From a bacterium (lineage in GTDB: Bacteria; Patescibacteriota; Minisyncoccia; UBA6257; JAGOQP01), in assembly GCA_021814695.1 (NCBI GenBank), contig JAKAHY010000002.1, positions 8,920 through 72,919 on the forward strand: a stretch of 64,000 nucleotides of DNA. Reading direction: 5' to 3'. Positions 5,709 to 14,224 of the stretch are shown piece by piece. Position 1 is the stretch's first letter. The number at the start of each line of letters is the position of its first letter. The translations under genes and the position numbers were made by a program. A model generated the notes under the pieces. That model worked only from the letters and a program-made list of their open reading frames with translations, made no database searches and was not told where the DNA came from.

Positions 5709-8321
5709 AAAAAAACATTACTCATCGGGTTTATTGTGGTCGGCATTGTAAGCTTTTCGGCATTTACCGCGCATGCTCAGTCGGTCAATTATCTTAGTAA
5801 ATTTTTTGCAGATGTCTACGGAGCGTTTTTTGGGAATTCCCAAACGCAAAAAGTTGACGCCCAAACAGTGGGTAATGGAACACTTACTATTCATGCTCAG
5901 ATATGTCAGACGCTCGGGAATTTCGAAAATCCAAGCAGTGCGACCTGTTCTGGTACTCCTCGCGACCCCAATTCTACGGAGTCTCCGTTATTTGTTTATG
6001 ATGTCCAGCGCATAGTTGGGAATGGAGCGAGCGCTCAAGTTACCACAGTTCTTTCAGGTATCGGTCCCGGACAAAGTTATTCGTTACCGGCGAATACTCC
6101 AAACGCTAGTAATAATAACAGAGATGAGTACGTGATTGTGTTTAAGGGGGCACCGACAAATTATTTGTACGTGAGACAAGGAGGAAATTTTGATTTGCCC
6201 TATAAATTTTCAATTTCTTCCGGACAAAATACTCAAGTAAATATTCCTTATGTTATTTATACGGCGATTGAATCAACGGGTCCTGTTGGCACTACTGTTA
6301 CCGCCGATATTGTTGATGGCAATGGAAATTTTGTCAGAGCGCTGACGGCTTCAGAAATTCAATCGGTATCCTTTGACATCCAGCATTCGGTTCCGGCCAC
6401 CGGAGGATATGTCGGATCGCATGCGAACAATTTTGATACTCAAGTTTCTTCGGGAAAATTAAATACTTCATATCAGCTTGCGACCTATGTCCATTCCGGT
6501 TCAATTTTGACAAATATTAAGCCACCATCCGGTTACGTAGTCAGATCAATTAAGCCGGGAACATATTTTGATCCTACTGATGACGTTACTATTCATTTTA
6601 CCAAGTCTCCTGTTTCGTCTCAGGTTCAAAAAGTTGATCAAATGCTCTATGTTCCTAATGGAATTAGCTATGTAAAAAAAATAGCTCAAACATATTCGGA
6701 CAATGAATACAAATATTCGAATCTTGACGTTGATTTATTTGCTTATTATGGAAACAATAATCGTCCTTTTCCCTTGAACTGGACAGTTGCCAAATATTCG
6801 GGAGTTCCTTATTTGTTTATGAATGGAGCAGGAAAGATAGTTATTTATAATATTTCCGATCCTAAAAATCCCAAACAAGTTAGTGAATATGTTCTTTCCG
6901 GTTTGGAAAAATTTAATCAATACAAAGATCGTCAGGGAAATACTTATGGACAGTGTTCTCCTAACCAAGAAGGTACTCATGATTTTATAACTGGAGCCGG
7001 TAAAGTTTTTGCTCTTGATGATTCCCCTTATCTTTTGATTGACATTCAGAGACCGGGTGGGCCAGGCCCTGGAGGGACGGCAGTTTTGTCCTTAGATCCT
7101 TCAACTATGGCCATAACCGCCTATCCTCAATGGACCGAGTGTAACAGTGGTCAAGATACTCCCGGAACCGCTTTCGGAATGTATAAAGGAAGTGACGGAA
7201 ATACTTATTTTATTTCCCAATTCCCGAATAATGCATATGATACGGGTGGAGTAGATACCGGGAATATTGGTATTTACACAATCAATTCTGCTGGTATTGC
7301 CAATAAAGTTGTCGTTCTCAGCGGAATGTCCGGGATTGCTCCGAGTTTGGATTATTCTAATGGAACAATCTCTGTTGTTTCCGTTGGAAGTAAAAAATAT
7401 CTTATTGGTAATGGAAAATCATCTATCGCAAACATAAATTCGACCAGTGCACCAATTTATATTTACGATATTTCCAATCCAAAAAATATAATCAAAATCA
7501 ATCAACAGATCACGGTGTCTACGTCTGGGTCCGGCAGATTAAAAATTGACGAACAAGCCAATCGTATGTATGTTCAGTCATCCATTCCAAATCCTGCCGC
7601 AACATCAACTTCGTACACCATCCCCAAAACATTACCTATTTGGCAGGTATATGACTTGAGTGTTTTGCCCAGTACTCCAAAATTAATTGCTACTTATAAC
7701 AAACCAACCGACCTACTTAATTCAAGTCAAGTGAATGCTGATTTTTCTCAAATTACCAAGAGATTAAATATTGCATCGTCAGGTAATCTTGTGGATATAA
7801 ATAATTCTTCTTTCACTTACGGCGCCTACGGATATTCTTCTTCACTCCAGTTGATAAATGTTTCAAATAATTTAGCTTATATATCACTGTATACAAACGG
7901 AAAAAACCCTTGGGATACGATTGCCAATCAAGCCGGAGTAACGGACGGAAGCGAATACGGGACCAATGCTATTCAATTTATAGTTGACGTGTCCAATGCG
8001 TCCAGTCCCAAAATACTTGGAATGATATTCGGGCATACGGAATATTCTGCTTACGGACTTTCCGCCGGCGGATGGTTTGATGTTCCTCTTTACGGAAGTA
8101 TCTATAACTATAACGGATATATTTACCGAGCCAATTTCCGCATCGCTGATGTATGGAAATTGGGGAATCCTCCGGCCCAAAGTACGGGAGGTGCTGGAAG
8201 TGGGGCTGGTGCGAGCGGCACTGGAACTACCGAAGGAGGATCTGCGCCATCATCAGTTCAATCTCCATTTTCTTTCAGTTCTCTTTTGAAGATATTCCAG
8301 AGAGTGTTTAATAATCAATAA
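5709..8321 (+). CDS. Cell-surface protein, paralog B: cleavable signal peptide, LVIVD-like repeats, conserved C-terminal tail (the ORF track starts at 5697)
   Basis: Signal peptide MKKTLLIGFIVVGIVSFSAFTAHA|QS; repeats IVIYNISDPKNPKQVSEY and IYIYDISNPKNIIKI; G/S/T-rich linker; C-terminus ...SPFSFSSLLKIFQRVFNNQ. Confidence 0.8.
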   Translation, partial: KKTLLIGFIVVGIVSFSAFTAHAQSVNYLSKFFADVYGAFFGNSQTQKVDAQTVGNGTLTIHAQICQTLGNFENPSSATCSGTPRDPNSTESPLFVYDVQRIVGNGASAQVTTVLSGIGPGQSYSLPANTPNASNNNRDEYVIVFKGAPTNYLYVRQGGNFDLPYKFSISSGQNTQVNIPYVIYTAIESTGPVGTTVTADIVDGNGNFVRALTASEIQSVSFDIQHSVPATGGYVGSHANNFDTQVSSGKLNTSYQLATYVHSGSILTNIKPPSGYVVRSIKPGTYFDPTDDVTIHFTKSPVSSQVQKVDQMLYVPNGISYVKKIAQTYSDNEYKYSNLDVDLFAYYGNNNRPFPLNWTVAKYSGVPYLFMNGAGKIVIYNISDPKNPKQVSEYVLSGLEKFNQYKDRQGNTYGQCSPNQEGTHDFITGAGKVFALDDSPYLLIDIQRPGGPGPGGTAVLSLDPSTMAITAYPQWTECNSGQDTPGTAFGMYKGSDGNTYFISQFPNNAYDTGGVDTGNIGIYTINSAGIANKVVVLSGMSGIAPSLDYSNGTISVVSVGSKKYLIGNGKSSIANINSTSAPIYIYDISNPKNIIKINQQITVSTSGSGRLKIDEQANRMYVQSSIPNPAATSTSYTIPKTLPIWQVYDLSVLPSTPKLIATYNKPTDLLNSSQVNADFSQITKRLNIASSGNLVDINNSSFTYGAYGYSSSLQLINVSNNLAYISLYTNGKNPWDTIANQAGVTDGSEYGTNAIQFIVDVSNASSPKILGMIFGHTEYSAYGLSAGGWFDVPLYGSIYNYNGYIYRANFRIADVWKLGNPPAQSTGGAGSGAGASGTGTTEGGSAPSSVQSPFSFSSLLKIFQRVFNNQ

Positions 8322-8333
8322 TAATTTGAAACA

Positions 8334-8359
8334 ATCCCCCTAGCTGGGGGATTTTTTTG
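8334..8359 (+). terminator. Rho-independent terminator
   Basis: ATCCCCCtagctGGGGGATttttttt. Confidence 0.7.
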
Positions 8360-8366
8360 CAAGCAA

Positions 8367-8377
8367 TGTGATATAAT
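8367..8377 (+). promoter_or_regulatory. Extended -10 promoter TGTGATATAAT (copy 3)
   Basis: tttttttgcaagcaaTGTGATATAATaaaacaaataaaaataaccATG. Confidence 0.45.
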
Positions 8378-8396
8378 AAAACAAATAAAAATAACC

Positions 8397-10580
8397 ATGA
8401 AAAAATATTCATTAATTGTGATTATCTTACTTGTTGTTGCAAGTATAGGGATTACCGCTATCTTTTCAAGTCAAGTGTCGATAACCGGATTTCTTTTGAG
8501 CGTTTACTCAACTGTTTCGGGGAGCAATCAAATACAGAGAGTAAATGCACAAACGACAGGCCAAGGAACCATATTATTCCAAGGCCAATTCGGTCATCTT
8601 GAATCGACCGGAAAGGTCACTACCGGAATTTCGGGCTTATCCGGACTTCCGGTGATGAAATTTGTTAAAGACCGTGACCTATCTAGCGATGAAAAAAATC
8701 AGATTAGAGTGGATGTTATTGAACATAACACTCCTTTTGAATTTGTAGTTGCAAAAAATATTTCGCTTGGAGAGGGTGTTAATTTTAATATTCCCGTAGG
8801 TTCGACATATAGATATAGTTTTTATGTTCACCCCGACTCGATTCCCTCCGGATGGGTTTATTATTCCGGTTGTTTAGAGACCGATGGGAATGTTTCGGTA
8901 CTGGCCGGTCAGCAAAGTACTTGCAGCATAGGATTTTATTTAAAGCCCGAAACAATCTCACCCCCTCCGGTCACATCAACATCTACGATCACGTCTACTC
9001 CTTCGGTAGGTGTTTCGGGAACTGTTGTCGGTGAAGATGCCAGCGCAGGATCGTTGCAGTTTGTAAAAAACGTTTTGGATTTAAGCTCACAAAGAAAGGG
9101 CATTATTTATGGAGTTTTGGACGCAAGAACCGTTAATTTGTATGGAAAAAATCTTCTGATAGTTGCTAGAGGTGGAGCTTACTCTGCTACCACTCCAACC
9201 TGGCATATGCTTGTTTATGATATAACCGATCCGCTTGCCCCGGTTCTTTTGAAGGATAATGATATGTCCGGAAGTGGCATAATCTATAGTTCTCCAATGA
9301 CCGGTTTGGCAGTGCTTGATGGCTTTAATTATGTATTTGTCCGTGGAAATGTCGGTTACGGTTCGTTTAAAATTAATCAGGACGGAACTGCGTCTCTTGT
9401 GAAAAGCTATAAATATTCTGAAGTTCAGCAGATACAGACAGATTTAATCAGGGGATTGTTCAACGGTCTGGATGGAAATATATACGGCTACGGAGGGTTT
9501 GTGCAGGATGGAGGACTCGTGCTTTATAACGTTTCCGATCCCGCTAATATTATTCAAGTTGGAACGTATACTAATGGTCTTGAACCAGCGATTGCCATCT
9601 ATGGACAAATTGGATTGAATCGCCAGAGCACTTGGGGCGTTGTTAAAGAAGGAGGCAAACTTTATCTTATTGCTCATGCGGACCAGTTGGTTCTGCGCCT
9701 TCATACGGATTATGATGGAATGATTTATGTTTTTGATGTGTCCAATCCGGCAAGTCCGCAGCTTTCACATATCTATAAAATGTCCAGCTCCTTTAATCAC
9801 CTTCCTTCCGATATGACTTCGTATGAGAAGATGTTTCTTTACGGAGGAGAAGCTAATATATCGGTTGATCCAATATCAAATAGAGTATTTGATTTTTACA
9901 GAACGGTTTTTGATTGGCAGGGACCCAATCAGCTTAAGATAAAAGACATTCCTAAAGGAGCCTTGTTTCGTTATAGAAATGGAATAGCCGTTCTTTCAAT
10001 AGGAATCGATGGTTCTTTGAAATCAAGTTCCAGTAACATATTATTGTGCGAAAGAATAGCCATTCAAGATAATGGGACGTCAGGCGAAGATAAATGTGAT
10101 ACAAAGAGTCCCGAAACGGTTGGGGGATATTATAGTTCCAGTCTTTATGGAAACAGGAATCCTCAAGAAAATTATAACGGAGTATTTCTTCTTGGCGACG
10201 TGAATAATGTCGGACATGTAGGGCTGTTAAAAAGCGATGGTAGTTTTGTTATCATACCCGATCCAACCGGAGAAATGCTTAAATTCAAATCTGTCTTGGC
10301 TGACCCGTCGTATTATTCCGATCCTGGTTTTCGTTCGTCTCCAATCAATGGCATTGTCACTCAAGTTGATAGCAAAACCTTTGCAATATTTCAGATTGAT
10401 AATTATTCCATAAGTGTTACAAAGCTAAATCTATCACAATCCATAACGAGCGTAACACAAAAATCTTCGCCACCTACCACAAATGCCCCTAGTTCATTAA
10501 ATACATCATCTCCTACTCAGACTCCATTTTCCTTCAGCTCGCTCCTGAGAATATTTCAGAGGGTGTTCAATAGTCAGTAA
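8397..10580 (+). CDS. Cell-surface protein, paralog C (close paralog of A)
   Basis: N-terminal 230 aa nearly collinear with paralog A; repeats VLYNVSDPANIIQVGTY and IYVFDVSNPASPQLSHIY; C-terminus ...TPFSFSSLLRIFQRVFNSQ. Confidence 0.8.
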   Translation: MKKYSLIVIILLVVASIGITAIFSSQVSITGFLLSVYSTVSGSNQIQRVNAQTTGQGTILFQGQFGHLESTGKVTTGISGLSGLPVMKFVKDRDLSSDEKNQIRVDVIEHNTPFEFVVAKNISLGEGVNFNIPVGSTYRYSFYVHPDSIPSGWVYYSGCLETDGNVSVLAGQQSTCSIGFYLKPETISPPPVTSTSTITSTPSVGVSGTVVGEDASAGSLQFVKNVLDLSSQRKGIIYGVLDARTVNLYGKNLLIVARGGAYSATTPTWHMLVYDITDPLAPVLLKDNDMSGSGIIYSSPMTGLAVLDGFNYVFVRGNVGYGSFKINQDGTASLVKSYKYSEVQQIQTDLIRGLFNGLDGNIYGYGGFVQDGGLVLYNVSDPANIIQVGTYTNGLEPAIAIYGQIGLNRQSTWGVVKEGGKLYLIAHADQLVLRLHTDYDGMIYVFDVSNPASPQLSHIYKMSSSFNHLPSDMTSYEKMFLYGGEANISVDPISNRVFDFYRTVFDWQGPNQLKIKDIPKGALFRYRNGIAVLSIGIDGSLKSSSSNILLCERIAIQDNGTSGEDKCDTKSPETVGGYYSSSLYGNRNPQENYNGVFLLGDVNNVGHVGLLKSDGSFVIIPDPTGEMLKFKSVLADPSYYSDPGFRSSPINGIVTQVDSKTFAIFQIDNYSISVTKLNLSQSITSVTQKSSPPTTNAPSSLNTSSPTQTPFSFSSLLRIFQRVFNSQ

Positions 10581-10598
10581 AAATTAAAAATAAAATTG

Positions 10599-10630
10599 CT
10601 CCCATTTTAACGGATGGGGGCTGTTTTTTT
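10599..10630 (+). terminator. Rho-independent terminator
   Basis: CTCCCATtttaacggATGGGGGctgttttttt. Confidence 0.65.
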
Positions 10631-10668
10631 ATCTTTAAATCTCAAAAAAATTGTGATAAAGTAACTTA

Positions 10669-13600
10669 ATGTTGAGAAATCTTAAACACTTTAATCCGCC
10701 GGAAATTGAGGAAAAAGTTTTACAGCTTTGGAAAGAAAAAGGGATATTTCAAAAAACACTCAAAGTTCCAAAAGGAAAAAAGGCCCTGCCTACCGGCAGG
10801 CAGGCAAAAATATTTCGGTTTTGGGAAGGTCCACCGACAGCCAATGGCCGTCCCGGAATTCATCATATTTTAGCCCGTTCTTTTAAGGACGTTGTTTTGC
10901 GTTTTAAAACGATGCAAGGGTATACGGTTCCCCGTAAGGGTGGTTGGGATACTCATGGATTGCCCGTTGAAATCCAGGTTGAAAAGCAGCTCGGATTTAA
11001 AACAAAAAAAGATATAGAAGATTACGGAATAGCCGCATTCAACCAAAAATGTAAAGAATCAGTCTGGCTTTATCAAAGCGAATGGGAAAAATTGACCGAA
11101 CGCATGGGTTTTTGGCTGGATTTGAAAAATCCTTATGTCACATACCACAAAGATTACATAGAGTCGCTTTGGTGGATCATCAAACAAGTTTGGGATAAAG
11201 GGTTGATGTATCAAGGGCATAAAGTGGTTCCTTGGTGTACTCGCTGCGGGACAGCTCTTTCTTCCCATGAATTGGCTCAAGGATACAAAGAGCTTACCGA
11301 TACTTCTGTTTACATAAAATTTAAACTTCTTCCAAAACAAAAAATCGGTTCTTTTATAACCGATGATAAAACATACATCTTATCCTGGACGACGACTCCT
11401 TGGACTTTGCCCGGAAACGTCGCTTTGGCAGTCGGAAATAAAATCAAATATATTGCGGCAAAAATCGGAGGAGAGACTTTTATTATTGCGGAAGATCTTG
11501 CCGGATCGGTTTTGGGATCGGAAAATCATAAAGTTATCAATGAATTTAAAGGCGAGTCGATTTCAGGGAAAGAATACGCCCCACTTTTTGAAATTGCGGC
11601 ATTAAAAAAACCGGAATCGTACAAGGTATATCCGGCTAAATTTGTGACAACCACCGATGGAACGGGGGTGGTGCACACGGCCGTAATGTACGGAGAGGAC
11701 GATTATAACCTGGGAAAAGAAGTCGGACTTCCTCAGCATCATACGGTTACCGAACAAGGAACTTTCACAAAAGACGTTAAAGGATTTGAAGGGATGTACG
11801 TCAAAGCCAAGGAGACCGAGGATAAGATACTAGATTATCTAAAGAAAAATAATTTCCTTTTGCAAACACAGGCTTATACCCATGAATATCCTCATTGCTG
11901 GAGATGTGGAACTCCGCTTTTGTATTACGCGCGCAGTTCATGGTTTGTAGCGATGTCGAAACTGAAAGATAATCTGATCGAAAGCAACCAGGGAACCAAC
12001 TGGGTTCCGGCACATATCAAAGAGGGCAGATATGGAGAATGGCTCTCCGAAATTAAAGATTGGAATTTTTCACGGGAAAGATATTGGGGCACCCCACTGC
12101 CGATCTGGACGTGCGAGAATTGTGGAAACCATAAAGCTGTTGGAAGTTATAAAGAGCTTTCGGAACATCTTCCTTCTAGTACCAACAGATATATTCTTGT
12201 CCGTCATGGAGAAGCGGGGCAAAATGTTTCCAATATAATCAACTGCGACCCCAAAGATAAGGATAAATACCCGTTAACAACCAATGGAATAATCCAGGCG
12301 AAGAGAACTTCCCTGAGCCTCAAGAAAAAAATAAAAAAAATAGACGCGATTATCTCGTCGGATTTTATTCGGACAAAGGAAACCGCAAAAATTATCGGCG
12401 ATGAATTTGGAATAAAGAAAATAATCACCGATCCGCTTTTGAGGGAAGTTAACATGGGAGATTTTAACGGGGACAATGTTTCTCGTTACCACGAGTACTT
12501 TTCTTCGCTTGAAGAAAAATTTATGAAACGGACCCCTAACGGAGAAAACCTCAGAGATCTGGCCGCAAGAAGCTACGATTTTATACAAAAATGTGAAAAA
12601 AAATACAGCGGGAAAACTATTGTTGTGGTAGGGCATGAATATCCGCTGTGGATGGCGGAGACCGTTCTTTCTGGATGGAGTCAGGAAGAATCGGTGTCGG
12701 AAAAAGAAAAAAGAGGTCCCGATTTTATAGAAGTCGGAGGATTTGATTCCGTTACTTTTGTTCCGGCATCAAGAGATGAACAGGGAATCTGTGATTATCA
12801 TAAGCCATATGTGGATTCAATCAGCATCCCTTGCGAAAAATGCGGAAAAAAGATGAATCGAGTTAAAGAAGTTGCCGACGTATGGTTTGATTCGGGGTCA
12901 ATGCCATTTGCCCAAGATCATTATCCTTTTGAGAAGGGTGATAAAGTCGGGAAAGCGCCCCAATCGTTTCCGGCCGATTATATCTGTGAGGCAGTCGATC
13001 AGACCCGCGGGTGGTTTTACACTCTTATGGCCGTCTCTACATTATTGGATTATGAAACGCCGTATAAAAACGTCGTTTGCCTAGGGCATATAAACGACAA
13101 GCATGGACAGAAAATGTCCAAATCAAAAGGGAACATTGTTGATCCATGGATGATAATAGATAAATATGGCATTGATGCCGTTAGGTGGTATTTTTACACC
13201 GTTAATGCTCCGGGGGAGCCGAAGAATTTTGACGAGAATGAGGTTGCTAAAGTACTGAGAAAATTCAGCATGACTCTTTATAATTCGTTCGCGTTTTTGG
13301 CGCTTTATGGAAAACAGAAGGTAAGTATCCAAAAGAAACCTTCATCGCCGAATATTTTGGACAGGTGGATTTTGGCAAGGCTAAATCAAACAACTGTCGG
13401 AGTTTCGGACAAAATGGACGCATATGATTTCTTGGCTACCGGACAAATAATAGAATCGTTTATTGACGATCTTTCCAGATGGTACATTCGCCGATCGAGA
13501 AAGAGATTCCAAAAAATTTCGGATAAATCGGATTGGGGTACGGCGACCGGTGTTTTGGCGTATGTTTTGGCCGAATTTTCAAAAGTGATCGCTCCCTTTA

Positions 13601-14223
13601 CTCCATTTTTCGCCGAAGCTCTTTACAGATCCATAGCCGAATTTTGTTCGTTTAGCGCAAAAGAATCCGTTCATCTCGAATCATGGCCGGAGGGCAGGGT
13701 TTTTAATGACGATGCGGTTATGTCGGAAGCCATGAAACAGATAAGAGACTACGCCAGTGCTGTTTTGGCAAAAAGAGCCGAAGTTGGAATCAAAGTGCGG
13801 CAGCCTTTGAGCTTGTTGAAAATAAGAAGCATTAAGTCTAAAGAAAAAGACTCTAAACAATTATTAGAAGTGTTAAGGGATGAAGTTAACGTCAAAGAAG
13901 TTGTGATTGATCCAAAAATAGAAAATGAATTTGAGTTGGATATCAACATCACTCCGGAACTTAAAGCCGAAGGAATTTTGAGGGAAATAGCCCGGACAAT
14001 TCAGGAATTGAGACAAAGTTCGGCATGTGTTCCCAAGGATAAAATAGAAGTTCGCATTTCCGGACCTGCCGACATTGAAGCGGTGGTCAAAAACGGACAA
14101 GCCACGCTTTGCCAATACGTTAACGCCAAAAATATTCTTTTCGGTAAGAGCGGTAAATTTGATTCCGAAATTGAAACCAAAATTGATTCGTCAAAAATTT
14201 GGATAGGTTTAAGAAAAATATAA
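10669..14223 (+). CDS. ileS: Isoleucyl-tRNA synthetase (1184 aa) with an inserted histidine-phosphatase-like domain
   Basis: HIGH region PTANGRPGIHHILARS; KMSKS motif QKMSKSKGN; CP1/editing region; CxxC..CxxC zinc motifs (CENCG ... CEKCG); about 205 extra residues between the zinc knuckles. Confidence 0.95.
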   Translation: MLRNLKHFNPPEIEEKVLQLWKEKGIFQKTLKVPKGKKALPTGRQAKIFRFWEGPPTANGRPGIHHILARSFKDVVLRFKTMQGYTVPRKGGWDTHGLPVEIQVEKQLGFKTKKDIEDYGIAAFNQKCKESVWLYQSEWEKLTERMGFWLDLKNPYVTYHKDYIESLWWIIKQVWDKGLMYQGHKVVPWCTRCGTALSSHELAQGYKELTDTSVYIKFKLLPKQKIGSFITDDKTYILSWTTTPWTLPGNVALAVGNKIKYIAAKIGGETFIIAEDLAGSVLGSENHKVINEFKGESISGKEYAPLFEIAALKKPESYKVYPAKFVTTTDGTGVVHTAVMYGEDDYNLGKEVGLPQHHTVTEQGTFTKDVKGFEGMYVKAKETEDKILDYLKKNNFLLQTQAYTHEYPHCWRCGTPLLYYARSSWFVAMSKLKDNLIESNQGTNWVPAHIKEGRYGEWLSEIKDWNFSRERYWGTPLPIWTCENCGNHKAVGSYKELSEHLPSSTNRYILVRHGEAGQNVSNIINCDPKDKDKYPLTTNGIIQAKRTSLSLKKKIKKIDAIISSDFIRTKETAKIIGDEFGIKKIITDPLLREVNMGDFNGDNVSRYHEYFSSLEEKFMKRTPNGENLRDLAARSYDFIQKCEKKYSGKTIVVVGHEYPLWMAETVLSGWSQEESVSEKEKRGPDFIEVGGFDSVTFVPASRDEQGICDYHKPYVDSISIPCEKCGKKMNRVKEVADVWFDSGSMPFAQDHYPFEKGDKVGKAPQSFPADYICEAVDQTRGWFYTLMAVSTLLDYETPYKNVVCLGHINDKHGQKMSKSKGNIVDPWMIIDKYGIDAVRWYFYTVNAPGEPKNFDENEVAKVLRKFSMTLYNSFAFLALYGKQKVSIQKKPSSPNILDRWILARLNQTTVGVSDKMDAYDFLATGQIIESFIDDLSRWYIRRSRKRFQKISDKSDWGTATGVLAYVLAEFSKVIAPFTPFFAEALYRSIAEFCSFSAKESVHLESWPEGRVFNDDAVMSEAMKQIRDYASAVLAKRAEVGIKVRQPLSLLKIRSIKSKEKDSKQLLEVLRDEVNVKEVVIDPKIENEFELDINITPELKAEGILREIARTIQELRQSSACVPKDKIEVRISGPADIEAVVKNGQATLCQYVNAKNILFGKSGKFDSEIETKIDSSKIWIGLRKI
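10785..10804. repeat. 20-nt GC-rich near-perfect palindrome CCTGCCTACCGGCAGGCAGG inside ileS (encodes ..ALPTGRQAK..)
   Basis: Inverted-repeat arms CCTGCCTA/CAGGCAGG around CCGG; the same palindrome recurs at 36984..37003 in csaA. Confidence 0.6.
12175..12790 (+). other. Inserted histidine phosphatase (phosphoglycerate-mutase-like, branch 1) domain within IleRS
   Basis: YILVRHGEAGQN (RHG catalytic motif with N at +7) ... VVGHEYPLW (second His); inserted between WTCENCG and YHKPYVDSISIPCEKCG. Confidence 0.6.
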
Positions 14224-14224
14224 A

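Noticed and set aside
12175-12790. Intein in ileS
   Set aside because: No Cys/Ser/Thr at the N-terminal junction, no His-Asn plus Cys/Ser/Thr at the C-terminal junction, and no homing-endonuclease motifs. The inserted segment instead carries RHG histidine-phosphatase motifs.
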